In this document: positions 19,808-28,758 of the stretch, piece after piece
How positions within the stretch are numbered: the stretch's first letter is position 1
Layout: every line of letters begins with the position of its first letter
DNA from: Gammaproteobacteria bacterium
GTDB lineage: Bacteria; Pseudomonadota; Gammaproteobacteria; Coxiellales; Coxiellaceae
Length of the DNA: 64,000 nucleotides
Reading direction: 5' to 3'
NCBI GenBank assembly: GCA_013287505.1
Contig: JABDDR010000001.1
Location: 17,931-81,930 of the forward strand
The notes under the pieces: model-generated
The model's database searches: none
Told to the model about the DNA's origin: nothing
What the model saw: only the letters and a program-made list of their open reading frames with translations
Translations under genes and position numbers: made by a program

Positions 19808-19968
19808 GTAGAGACGTCGATTTATCGCGTCTCAAATCTCAGAATTACCTCGCCGTATAGTCAATAATACTTACTCAGATGTCAGCGCATTTACAAACAC
19901 CGATGATAATCATGCATTTGAGACGCGATAAATCGACGTCTCTACGAAAGACTGAATCGCGTCTTTAC
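19808..19968. repeat. Pair of REP-like units in inverted orientation (perfect 26-bp inverted repeats around an 86-bp spacer) plus a partial third unit
   Basis: gtagagacgtcgatttatcgcgtctc (19808-19833) is the exact reverse complement of gagacgcgataaatcgacgtctctac (19920-19945). A half-site gaatcgcgtctttac follows. Confidence 0.85.
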
Positions 19969-20076
19969 AACAATGATATTAATTCAAGTGGTTATAAAAG
20001 GATGTGCGTTTTGTAGTGAGCCTAACATCCAGCACAATGAGTGTTTTTTTTCATTCTATTCCGTATACTGAACGCC

Positions 20077-21159
20077 ATGAAAACACCGCAAAACACCAAA
20101 ATTATCGTCGGATTATCCGGCGGCGTAGATTCTGCAGTCACTGCTCTTTTGTTGAAAGAACAAGGCTACGATGTCTCTGGCATTTATATGCAAAACTGGA
20201 TGGCGGAAAAAGACGATCCTTATTGCAGTGCCGAACAGGACATGACGGATGCAAAAAATGTATGCGATCATTTACACATTCCGTTTCACATCGTGAATTT
20301 TTCAAAAGACTATTGGGATAATGTTTTTCAATATTGTCTGGATGAATTTGTCGCGGGTCGCACACCGAATCCCGATATCTGGTGCAATCAATTTATTAAA
20401 TTTGATGTGTTTTTAAAACATGCATTAAATCTCGGCGCAGATTTTTTGGCGACTGGGCATTATGTTCGCCATCATATTCAAAAGCATAATCATCAATTAT
20501 TAAAAGCAAAAGATAAGAATAAAGATCAAAGTTATTTTTTATATACACTAACACAAGAAAAATTATCGCGCGTATTATTTCCGTTAGGTGAATTAACAAA
20601 GCCACAAGTGCGCGAAATTGCCTTAAAAGCAGGTCTTTTAAACGCCAAGAAAAAAGACAGCACTGGCATTTGTTTTATTGGCGAGCGAAAATTCAAAACA
20701 TTTTTGCAGGATTTTATTTTAGCAAAACCTGGATTAATAAAAACACCCGATGGAAAAACCATTGGAAAACATGATGGATTGATGTTTTATACTTTAGGAC
20801 AAAGAAAAGGTTTGAATATTGGCGGTATAAAAAATACCGATGAATCCGCTTGGTATGTCGTTAACAAAGATATCCCGAATAATATTTTAATTGTCGCGCA
20901 AGGACATGACCACCCGTTATTATTTTTATCGGAATTAACCTGCGAAAAAATACATTGGATTGCAAACAAGCTACCTCAAAATTTATCGTGCACCGCAAAA
21001 ATTCGTTACCGCCAAAATGATCAACCCTGCACCATTCAATTATTAGAAAATAATACCGCGCACGTTATTTTCAATGAGCCTCAACGCGCCATCACACCGG
21101 GGCAGTCTATCGTGTTTTATGATGGTGAGGTTTGTTTGGGTGGCGCGATGATTCGTTGA
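20077..21159 (+). CDS. mnmA: tRNA 2-thiouridine(34) synthase MnmA
   Basis: PP-loop IIVGLSGGVDSAV and KDQSYFL. The start is set at MKTPQN (ATG 20077). Confidence 0.93.
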   Translation: MKTPQNTKIIVGLSGGVDSAVTALLLKEQGYDVSGIYMQNWMAEKDDPYCSAEQDMTDAKNVCDHLHIPFHIVNFSKDYWDNVFQYCLDEFVAGRTPNPDIWCNQFIKFDVFLKHALNLGADFLATGHYVRHHIQKHNHQLLKAKDKNKDQSYFLYTLTQEKLSRVLFPLGELTKPQVREIALKAGLLNAKKKDSTGICFIGERKFKTFLQDFILAKPGLIKTPDGKTIGKHDGLMFYTLGQRKGLNIGGIKNTDESAWYVVNKDIPNNILIVAQGHDHPLLFLSELTCEKIHWIANKLPQNLSCTAKIRYRQNDQPCTIQLLENNTAHVIFNEPQRAITPGQSIVFYDGEVCLGGAMIR

Positions 21160-21163
21160 AAAA

Positions 21164-21182
21164 TGTGTATACATAGTATATA
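21164..21182 (+). promoter_or_regulatory. Imperfect palindrome / TATA-rich candidate operator-promoter of the mazEF-like operon
   Basis: gtgtatacatagtatatac lies about 45 nt upstream of the antitoxin start. Symmetry is only partial. Confidence 0.2.
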
Positions 21183-21226
21183 CTTTAATTATCCTCACAC
21201 TTTTTTCAAAACACGGGGTTAATTCC

Positions 21227-21499
21227 ATGAAAATCCACGCTAAAATTCAAAAATGGGGAAATAGCCTTGGTTTGCGCATTTCAGGCCCCCTAAAAACCAT
21301 TCCAAAATTTGAGGAAAATATGCAAGTTACTGTCGATGTCACTTCAGGCGGGATTTATGTGTACCCCCAAAAAAAATTAACGGCACGAGATATTTTGCCG
21401 TTTACCTTAGAGGAATTATTAGCGGATGTGGACGAAGAAACGGTTCGCAGATATCACGATCTACTGCCAAAACTGCTACCCAAGGAATATGACGTATGA
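21227..21499 (+). CDS. Type II antitoxin, AbrB/MazE (SpoVT-AbrB) family
   Basis: KIQKWGNSLGLRISGPL looped-hinge motif. There is a 4-nt overlap (ATGA) with the toxin gene. Confidence 0.8.
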   Translation: MKIHAKIQKWGNSLGLRISGPLKTIPKFEENMQVTVDVTSGGIYVYPQKKLTARDILPFTLEELLADVDEETVRRYHDLLPKLLPKEYDV

Positions 21500-21864
21500 A
21501 AAAACATTATATTCCTGATCAAAACGATATTATTTGGCTTGATTTTGAACCCGTAAAAGGCAAAGAAATAGGAAAATATCGACCCGCTCTCGTTTTATCT
21601 CCCAAAAAATACAATCAAATGTTTGATCTTGTCATCTGCTGTCCAATCAGCACCAGCATTCGAAAGCAATTATTGGAAGTGCCTGTCAATAATTTAGAAC
21701 AAACATCTGTTGTTGTTACCACTATGATTCAAACAGTCTCATGGACAGATCGAAAAATGAAATTTATTACACACGCTGAAGACGGCGTTATGACAGCGGT
21801 ACTGCAACGCATTATTCCCCTGATCGGCGCTGACAAAATAGTATTGGAAGCTGGGCTCAAATAA
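21496..21864 (+). CDS. Type II toxin, MazF/PemK-family endoribonuclease
   Basis: IPDQNDIIWLDFEPVKGKEIGKYRPALVLSPKKYN is the canonical MazF/PemK N-terminal pattern. Confidence 0.85.
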   Translation: MKKHYIPDQNDIIWLDFEPVKGKEIGKYRPALVLSPKKYNQMFDLVICCPISTSIRKQLLEVPVNNLEQTSVVVTTMIQTVSWTDRKMKFITHAEDGVMTAVLQRIIPLIGADKIVLEAGLK

Positions 21865-21941
21865 TTCCATTGACACTAGCAAGGTATTTCTCTAGATTTT
21901 AAAGTGAAGGATTTAATGACTAATAACAAAGGATTGATATT

Positions 21942-22403
21942 ATGTCTCGTCATTCGCCAACAGAAGAAGAAAGAAGAGAACAGAGAGAACAGTTTGAAGC
22001 CAACGAATCAACATTCAGAGAAGAGAGAATAAAACGCGAAAATTTCGTTAGGAAAAATTTGATACTAGTAGACCATCCAGCGCAATTAGCAGAGGCAGCA
22101 GCAGCTCAAGCTATACGAGAAGAAAGTGAAAGACAGGCAGCAGCAGCAGCTCAAGCTATACGAGAAGAAAGTGAAAGACAGGAAGCAGCAGCTCAAGTTA
22201 CAGCAGTTCAGGCTCAAAGAGAAGAAACAGTAGTAACAACAAAGACACAAACGCCGACAGGCAGTCCGACGGCGAGCAATCGGAATCGTCTGATGTCTGC
22301 TCCTGTACCTGCCGCATCCACACCTACATCTAAGCCGACCATTGGATCAAGACCCGAAAAAGAAGAAGTACGCGGCTGCTGCGGGTGGCGGCCCTTCATG
22401 TGA
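21942..22403 (+). CDS. Hypothetical low-complexity protein with 15-aa tandem repeats (E/R/A/Q-rich, then T/P/S-rich)
   Basis: AAAQAIREESERQAA is repeated from a 45-bp DNA tandem repeat (about 22096-22200). The region is visibly more G+C-rich than its surroundings. Confidence 0.5.
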   Translation: MSRHSPTEEERREQREQFEANESTFREERIKRENFVRKNLILVDHPAQLAEAAAAQAIREESERQAAAAAQAIREESERQEAAAQVTAVQAQREETVVTTKTQTPTGSPTASNRNRLMSAPVPAASTPTSKPTIGSRPEKEEVRGCCGWRPFM

Positions 22404-22496
22404 CACCAGACAATCTCGCAGGCGAGCCATATCGCCTGCGCTCTGGAATATACCCGCATTTCTCGCTAGAATCTGCTGTTTTTCTGCGAGCCTATC

Positions 22497-25400
22497 ATGC
22501 ACATTAATCCATTCCATCCCCCACTTCCTAAAGATCATGATAATCAAGTGATATGGGAAGGATTATCAGGCGCTGCGATCAGTTTAAGTATCGCGAGTTT
22601 AGCGCAAGCACAACACAAACCGATCGTGGTCATAACAACGGATGTACACGCCGCAGAAAAATGTTTTCAAGAATTACAGTTTTTTTTAGCAAACACGAGC
22701 ACGCCCATTTATTTTTTCCCTGATCGCGAAACGTTACCCTATGATCATTTTTCACCGCATGAAGATTTAACGTCAGAACGATTACATATTCTGTCGCAAT
22801 TGCCCCATTTAAAAAATGGCATTGTCATCACCGCACTTTCAACATTGATGCATCGCTTGCCGCCGCCTGCATTTATAACCGGGCATCGATTTGATTGGAA
22901 AATAGGTAATCATTTAAACCTATCATCAATTCAAAAAGAATTAATTGAAGCGGGTTATCGTCATGTCGAACAAGTGATTCAACATGGTGAATTTGCCGTG
23001 CGTGGTGCGATCATTGATATTTTTCCGATGGGTAGTGAAATACCTTTTCGTATTGAATTATTTGATAACGAGATTGAAAGCATTCGCACGTTTGACATCG
23101 ACACACAAAAATCCATTGAAAAAACAGAATCGATTCAATTATTGCCTGCGCATGAATATCCACTCACACAAGATGCTATTACGTATTTTCGAACACAATG
23201 GCGCGCGAAATTTCCCGGCAATCCTGCGGAATCACCGGTATATCAGCATATTTCAAAAGCGCAACCGATCGGTGGTATTGAATATTATTTACCGTTATTT
23301 TACGAACATTGCGCGACATTTTTTGATTATTGTCCCGTTGATACTACATTCCTCGGATCTCAAAAAAATTATGAACAAGCCAATACATTTTGGAATGAAG
23401 TTAAAACGCGGTATGCGCAATTAAATGTTGATACAACACGCCCGCTTTGTGAACCTGAAGCAGTATTTATTCCAGTGCCAGAAGTTTTTTCAAAATTAAA
23501 ATCTTTTACGCAAATTAAAATTGAAACTGAAGCGGGGAGACGCGAGAAATATAATCTTCACGAAGATCTCACCGTTGACCATCGCGCCAAAAATCCGATT
23601 GAGAATTTACAAAAATTTATCGCATCACAATCAGGAAAAATATTAATTTGTGCTGAATCCACGGGGCGTCGTGAAATTATTTTGGATTTATTAAAACGAC
23701 ATCATGTGGATATTGCGTTAACGGAAAACTGGGAAACATTTATAAATAGCGATGACAAAATAGCATTAACTATCGCACCGATCAGCGACGCATTATATTC
23801 AAGCGAAATCATTATTATCACGGAAACACAATTATTTGGTCACACGCACATTCCCACGCGCCGCACAAAAAAACGCGCACAAGATCCTGATACGATTATT
23901 CGCAGCTTAGTGGAATTGCAAACCGGTTCACCCGTTGTGCACATTGATCATGGTGTCGGAAAATATATTGGTCTTGAAAAAATCGTAACCGATGGTATTG
24001 AATCAGAATATGTCACCCTTGAATATGCCGATAAAGACCGCGTTTATGTGCCAATTAATGCGTTACATGTGATTAGTCGTTACGCCACATCGCATAGCGA
24101 TAATGTGGTGCTTAATAAATTGGGCACCAACCATTGGGAAAAAGCCAAACAAAAAGCAGCCAAACAAATTCGTGATGTGGCTGCAGAATTATTAAAAATT
24201 TATGCAGAACGTGAAGCGTCTACTGGCTTTGCGTTTCCAAAACCGAATGAGGATTACTTTGCTTTTCGAAATGCATTTCCCTTCGAAGAAACCATTGATC
24301 AGCGCACAGCGATTGATGCTGTTATTACCGATATGACAAAAACAAAATGCATGGATCGATTGGTGTGTGGTGATGTGGGTTTTGGAAAAACAGAAGTGGC
24401 AATGCAAGCCGCATTTTTAGCGGTTATGGGTGGCAAACAAGTGGTTGTCCTCGTCCCTACAACATTGCTGGCCAATCAACATGCACAAAATTTTCAAGAT
24501 CGATTTTCAGATTTCCCTATAAAAATAGGGGTTTTATCACGTTTACAGTCAACCAAAAATCAAAACGAAACCATAGAAAAATTAAAAACAGGCCAACTGG
24601 ATATTGTTATCGGCACACACCGTTTGCTCAACAATCAAATACACTATAAAGATTTGGGATTATTAATTGTTGATGAAGAACATCGCTTTGGTGTGGCGCA
24701 AAAAGAAAAAATGAAAACGTTGCGCGCACATATTGATATTTTAACATTAACGGCAACGCCTATTCCGCGCACACTGAATTTATCCATGACAGGTATGCGC
24801 GATTTATCGATCATTGCAACACCACCGCTGCGACGATTATCGATTAAAACATTTGTCCATGAATTTGATCCTGTATTAATTCGTGAAGCCATTTTGCGTG
24901 AAACGATGCGCGGTGGTCAGGTGTATTTTCTGCATAATGACGTTGATAACATGCCCACCATGATTGAAAAATTACGTGAGATTGTGCCTGAAGCGACATT
25001 CACCTTTGCACACGGACAAATGCCTGAAAAAGCGCTTGAAAAAACAATGGCGGATTTTTATCATCAGCGTTTTCAAGTATTGGTTGCATCAACGATTATT
25101 GAATCTGGTATTGATATTCCCTCTGCTAATACGATTATTATTAACAATGCGAATCAATTTGGATTAGCACAACTGCATCAAATTCGCGGACGTGTGGGAC
25201 GTTCACATCACCAAGCGTATGCGTATTTATTGGTTCGTAATAAAAAAGCATTAACAGCTGATGCGCAAAGACGATTGGATGCGATTTCTGAATTAGAAGA
25301 TTTGGGCGTGGGTTTTCAGTTAGCGACACATGATTTAGAAATTCGCGGTGCGGGTGAATTGCTCGGTGAATCACAAAGTGGTCATATGGAAGCGATTGGA

Positions 25401-25919
25401 TTTTCGCTGTATATGGAGTTACTCGATGAAACAGTTAAGGCTTTAAAATCAGGTAAAACACCGCCTGATACGTTTGCAAAAGACAAAGGTCCTGAGATTG
25501 ATTTACATATTTGTGCGCTATTTCCCGAAAATTATATTCATGATGTGCATGCGCGTTTGACATTATACAAACGATTATCAACCTGCGACAACGCAGACGC
25601 CATTCAAACTATGAAATCAGAAATTATTGATCGCTTTGGATTATTACCAGAACCTGCGCAACATTTATTTGATTGTGCGCACATAAAAATTCGTGCGAAA
25701 AAATTGGGTGTACATAAAATCGATGTAAATAAATTGTTTGGTTATATTCAATTTAATGACAAACCCAATATTAATCCCGCCATTATTATCGAGCTCATCC
25801 AGAAGCAACATAAAACATATCAATTGATGGGTAAAAATACGTTGCGATTTAAAACGGTGTCTGATAAACCGGAAGTGCGTATTCAGATGATAGATGAGTT
25901 ATTGCGGAGATTTGAGTAA
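22497..25919 (+). CDS. mfd: Transcription-repair coupling factor
   Basis: 1140 aa. Has the helicase motifs GDVGFGKTEV and DEEHRFG, and a TRCF C-terminal domain. Confidence 0.97.
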   Translation: MHINPFHPPLPKDHDNQVIWEGLSGAAISLSIASLAQAQHKPIVVITTDVHAAEKCFQELQFFLANTSTPIYFFPDRETLPYDHFSPHEDLTSERLHILSQLPHLKNGIVITALSTLMHRLPPPAFITGHRFDWKIGNHLNLSSIQKELIEAGYRHVEQVIQHGEFAVRGAIIDIFPMGSEIPFRIELFDNEIESIRTFDIDTQKSIEKTESIQLLPAHEYPLTQDAITYFRTQWRAKFPGNPAESPVYQHISKAQPIGGIEYYLPLFYEHCATFFDYCPVDTTFLGSQKNYEQANTFWNEVKTRYAQLNVDTTRPLCEPEAVFIPVPEVFSKLKSFTQIKIETEAGRREKYNLHEDLTVDHRAKNPIENLQKFIASQSGKILICAESTGRREIILDLLKRHHVDIALTENWETFINSDDKIALTIAPISDALYSSEIIIITETQLFGHTHIPTRRTKKRAQDPDTIIRSLVELQTGSPVVHIDHGVGKYIGLEKIVTDGIESEYVTLEYADKDRVYVPINALHVISRYATSHSDNVVLNKLGTNHWEKAKQKAAKQIRDVAAELLKIYAEREASTGFAFPKPNEDYFAFRNAFPFEETIDQRTAIDAVITDMTKTKCMDRLVCGDVGFGKTEVAMQAAFLAVMGGKQVVVLVPTTLLANQHAQNFQDRFSDFPIKIGVLSRLQSTKNQNETIEKLKTGQLDIVIGTHRLLNNQIHYKDLGLLIVDEEHRFGVAQKEKMKTLRAHIDILTLTATPIPRTLNLSMTGMRDLSIIATPPLRRLSIKTFVHEFDPVLIREAILRETMRGGQVYFLHNDVDNMPTMIEKLREIVPEATFTFAHGQMPEKALEKTMADFYHQRFQVLVASTIIESGIDIPSANTIIINNANQFGLAQLHQIRGRVGRSHHQAYAYLLVRNKKALTADAQRRLDAISELEDLGVGFQLATHDLEIRGAGELLGESQSGHMEAIGFSLYMELLDETVKALKSGKTPPDTFAKDKGPEIDLHICALFPENYIHDVHARLTLYKRLSTCDNADAIQTMKSEIIDRFGLLPEPAQHLFDCAHIKIRAKKLGVHKIDVNKLFGYIQFNDKPNINPAIIIELIQKQHKTYQLMGKNTLRFKTVSDKPEVRIQMIDELLRRFE

Positions 25920-25936
25920 CTCAGGTTTGCTGCAAA

Positions 25937-26029
25937 ACGCACACCCTGCCGGGTGTGCTTCTGTAGATCTTCGTATAAGCACGGTGCCGAGTCGAAGCGC
26001 TACGGAAGCACACCCGGCAGGGTGTGCGT
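25937..26029. repeat. G+C-rich nested palindrome between convergent mfd and MFS genes (likely bidirectional terminator)
   Basis: 29-nt arms acgcacaccctgccgggtgtgcttctgta / tacggaagcacacccggcagggtgtgcgt pair with 1 mismatch. Each arm also contains its own hairpin gcacaccc-tgcc-gggtgtgc. Confidence 0.8.
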
Positions 26030-26032
26030 GGT

Positions 26033-27367
26033 TTAATGCTCCGTTTCCGACAACGATTTATTCTTCATCTCCGGCAACAGCATCGTCACAAAAATGCCGA
26101 GAAACGAGACAATGCCCATCACACCCATCATCGAATAAACACCGATTTTTTTTAGCAAAAACGGCAATACAAATACGCCCAAAAACGCACCCACTTTTCC
26201 AACCGCAGCAGAGATACCATGCGCACGTGCACGAATACTCGCAGGATAAATTTCCGAAGGAATTAAAAACGTCGTTGTGTTAGGTCCAAAATTTGAAAAG
26301 AAAAAGCTCACGCCAAACAATCCGATTAACAAGGGAATTAAATGTTCTAAATTAGGAATGAGAGCAATCAACCCATACGTCAACGCCATCATAAAAAACC
26401 CCAAATATTGCAGCGGTTTTCGCCCTATTTTATCGACATATTTTGCCGCCAAGGCATAACCAGGCACTGCAAATATTAAAAATATAAACCCAGCAATTAA
26501 TGTGTGCGCTAACAAAGAAGCGTTCGGATGAATCGCATTGATAATCATCACCGATGAAACCGCGTTGCCATAAAACGCAATATCAAATAAAAACCACGCA
26601 CCTGCTGTGCCTAATAAATATAAAAACCATTTCTTGGTCAACAATGAAGGATGGTTGGGTTGTTTGTCATATGCACTTACACCTTCTTTTGGTAATGCGA
26701 TATCACGCACGACACGACTTACCTCAATAGGGGCTGATTGTTTGCTTTGCACATAATGTGCCGATTCTTGAATATTACGGCGCAAATAAAAAACAGATGC
26801 CGCAGGAATGGCACCCAAACCTAACAAAATCCGCCAAATAATTGCATGTGGGATATGCGTTGCCAATAACAAAGATGCCAAAAAGGGGCCCGCCACAAAT
26901 CCCACCGCTTGCATCGCAAATACCAATAACACCAAAAATCCACGATTTTTACGGGTTGAATTTTCACTCATCACAACGGCACTCGACGGATAATCGCCGC
27001 CAATACCAAATCCAACAATCACGCGTGAAATTAATAAAAAAACAAAATTCGTGGCAAACGCCGACAATATCGCGCCAAAAAATAAAATTAACACTTCAAA
27101 ACCGTATAACTTTTTACGGCCATAACGATCCGAGAAAAAGCTAAAACACAATGCGCCTAATGCGGCGGCTGCTAATGCTGAGCCATTTAATAGCGCAATA
27201 TCAAATGTTGAGAAATGCCATATCGGCCCCAAAATACTGGTGACGATACCGATCACAAAAAGATCATAAGCATCTGTAAAAAATCCAATGCCCGCTGTTA
27301 AAACCATTTTTGCATGGAACTTGCTTAATTTAACTTCTTCGACATTTACTACAGCAGAATTATTCAT
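26033..27367 (-). CDS. MFS transporter (phosphate/sugar:H+ symporter-like)
   Basis: 12 TM segments, with DRYGRKK and GIGGDYPSSAVVMSE motifs typical of the PHS/sugar-porter branch. Confidence 0.75.
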   Translation of the reverse strand: MNNSAVVNVEEVKLSKFHAKMVLTAGIGFFTDAYDLFVIGIVTSILGPIWHFSTFDIALLNGSALAAAALGALCFSFFSDRYGRKKLYGFEVLILFFGAILSAFATNFVFLLISRVIVGFGIGGDYPSSAVVMSENSTRKNRGFLVLLVFAMQAVGFVAGPFLASLLLATHIPHAIIWRILLGLGAIPAASVFYLRRNIQESAHYVQSKQSAPIEVSRVVRDIALPKEGVSAYDKQPNHPSLLTKKWFLYLLGTAGAWFLFDIAFYGNAVSSVMIINAIHPNASLLAHTLIAGFIFLIFAVPGYALAAKYVDKIGRKPLQYLGFFMMALTYGLIALIPNLEHLIPLLIGLFGVSFFFSNFGPNTTTFLIPSEIYPASIRARAHGISAAVGKVGAFLGVFVLPFLLKKIGVYSMMGVMGIVSFLGIFVTMLLPEMKNKSLSETEH

Positions 27368-27465
27368 CAGTGACTCTTTTGATTTTTGCGACAGCAGAGT
27401 ATAGCAAAATAATGTGACAGTTTTGTGACAGACGACAAAATAATTTGATACTATGGCGTTCGTTT

Positions 27466-27538
27466 GGGCCGTTAGCTCAGTTGGTAGAGCAGCTGACTCT
27501 TAATCAGTAGGTCCACGGTTCGATCCCGTGACGGCCCA
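27466..27538 (+). tRNA. tRNA-Lys (anticodon CTT)
   Basis: GGGCCGTTAGCTCAGTTGGTAGAGCAGCTGACTCTTAATCAGTAGGTCCACGGTTCGATCCCGTGACGGCCCA folds as a canonical cloverleaf. Confidence 0.92.
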
Positions 27539-27601
27539 ATGGTTTTACGGTGTTATGATCTTTTTTGTGCAAAAATAGCCAAAATGGACCATTTTAGATT
27601 G

Positions 27602-28681
27602 TCATGCTCTCGGCCACGCACGCATTACAACATCTGCAACCGTGGCCAACGGGATCGCAAAAAACACACCCCAAAATCCCCAAATGCCGCCAAAAACGAG
27701 CACGGATAAAATAATCACGATAGGATGTAAATCCATGGTTTCTGAAAATAATACCGGCATCAGCACATTCGCATCCAGCATAATAATCACGCCGTAAGCA
27801 ATAATTAAATACAATGCATGCACAGATGTCCCCCACTGCATTAATGCGATAACAACCACGGGGATTGTGACAACCACAGCACCAATGTATGGAATAACTA
27901 CTGAGACACCGACAAGCACGCCTAACAATACAGCATATTGCATACCCAAAATTGAAAATGTAACGGCGCTCACAAAACCCACCACCACCACTTCGATCAC
28001 GCGACCGCGCACATAACAACCAATTTTTTTATTCACTTCTTGCCAGACATTCGACACCAAACTGCGGTTTTTCGGCAGAAATTGCGCAAACCAATGCGCA
28101 ATCAGATCATGGTCTTTTAAAAAGAAAAACAGCAATAACGGCACTAAAATAAAATATAAAACAATCGTGATTAAATTGGGAATAAACATCCAAAGATATT
28201 TTAAGGTAATTTGTCCGAGACGAGAAAATTCATTTTGCACAAATGATAGGGATTGCTGAAAACGCGGGTCTGAAAAAACCGCGGGATAACGCTGCATCAA
28301 TGTTGTTACCCATTTATCCCCATGTGTAAATGCGTTGGGAAATTCCCCCACTAAATTCTGCAATTGATGCACAATAACGGGTAATAACCACACTAACGAA
28401 AAAATAACCAACCCTATAAATACCACAAACACAATTCCAACCGCCAAAAAATGCGGAAATTTCCAACGTTGCAATTGACGCACCACAGATTGTAATAAAT
28501 AAGCGAGCACGATACTAATCAACACCGGCATGAAAAAATGCCCGAAAAACTCCAGAAATAACAGAACAAACAACACAGTAAAAAATAAACCGACCGCCGC
28601 AGGATCGGAAAAATTTCTTTGTGCCCAATTTGAAATGGATGCTAGTAATGGATTGGGTTTTCGAAAATGCATAAGATTCAC
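27602..28681 (-). CDS. AI-2E family transporter (PerM/UPF0118)
   Basis: 359 aa, polytopic. The conserved C-terminal region IPYIGAVVVTIP...GGIWGFWGVFFAIPL is present. Confidence 0.75.
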   Translation of the reverse strand: MNLMHFRKPNPLLASISNWAQRNFSDPAAVGLFFTVLFVLLFLEFFGHFFMPVLISIVLAYLLQSVVRQLQRWKFPHFLAVGIVFVVFIGLVIFSLVWLLPVIVHQLQNLVGEFPNAFTHGDKWVTTLMQRYPAVFSDPRFQQSLSFVQNEFSRLGQITLKYLWMFIPNLITIVLYFILVPLLLFFFLKDHDLIAHWFAQFLPKNRSLVSNVWQEVNKKIGCYVRGRVIEVVVVGFVSAVTFSILGMQYAVLLGVLVGVSVVIPYIGAVVVTIPVVVIALMQWGTSVHALYLIIAYGVIIMLDANVLMPVLFSETMDLHPIVIILSVLVFGGIWGFWGVFFAIPLATVADVVMRAWPRA

Positions 28682-28758
28682 CTAAAAGGAGAATAGTTGT
28701 ATTATTTTAATATGAATTGTTTGAAGATAGCTATCCGTATTTCGTGTAATATTTACTC

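Noticed and set aside
22214-22551. Several ORFs (22214-22459 minus, 22342-22551 plus, 22347-22547 minus) around the end of the repeat protein
   Set aside because: They are shadow ORFs created by the locally G+C-rich sequence, which depletes stop codons. They overlap each other and the mfd start.
23531-23545. gagacgcgagaaat inside mfd and gagacgtcc at 15795-15803, as extra REP copies
   Set aside because: Only 8-10 nt match with no palindromic partner, which is likely coincidence.
25894-26283. 129-aa plus-strand ORF spanning the mfd end, the palindrome and the MFS gene
   Set aside because: It reads through the inverted repeat (duplicated HPAGCA peptide) and runs antisense to a solid MFS transporter gene.
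27594-28019. Cys/Arg-rich 141-aa ORF on the minus strand
   Set aside because: It is a same-strand alternative frame inside the well-supported AI-2E transporter gene. Its biased composition is typical of an off-frame reading.
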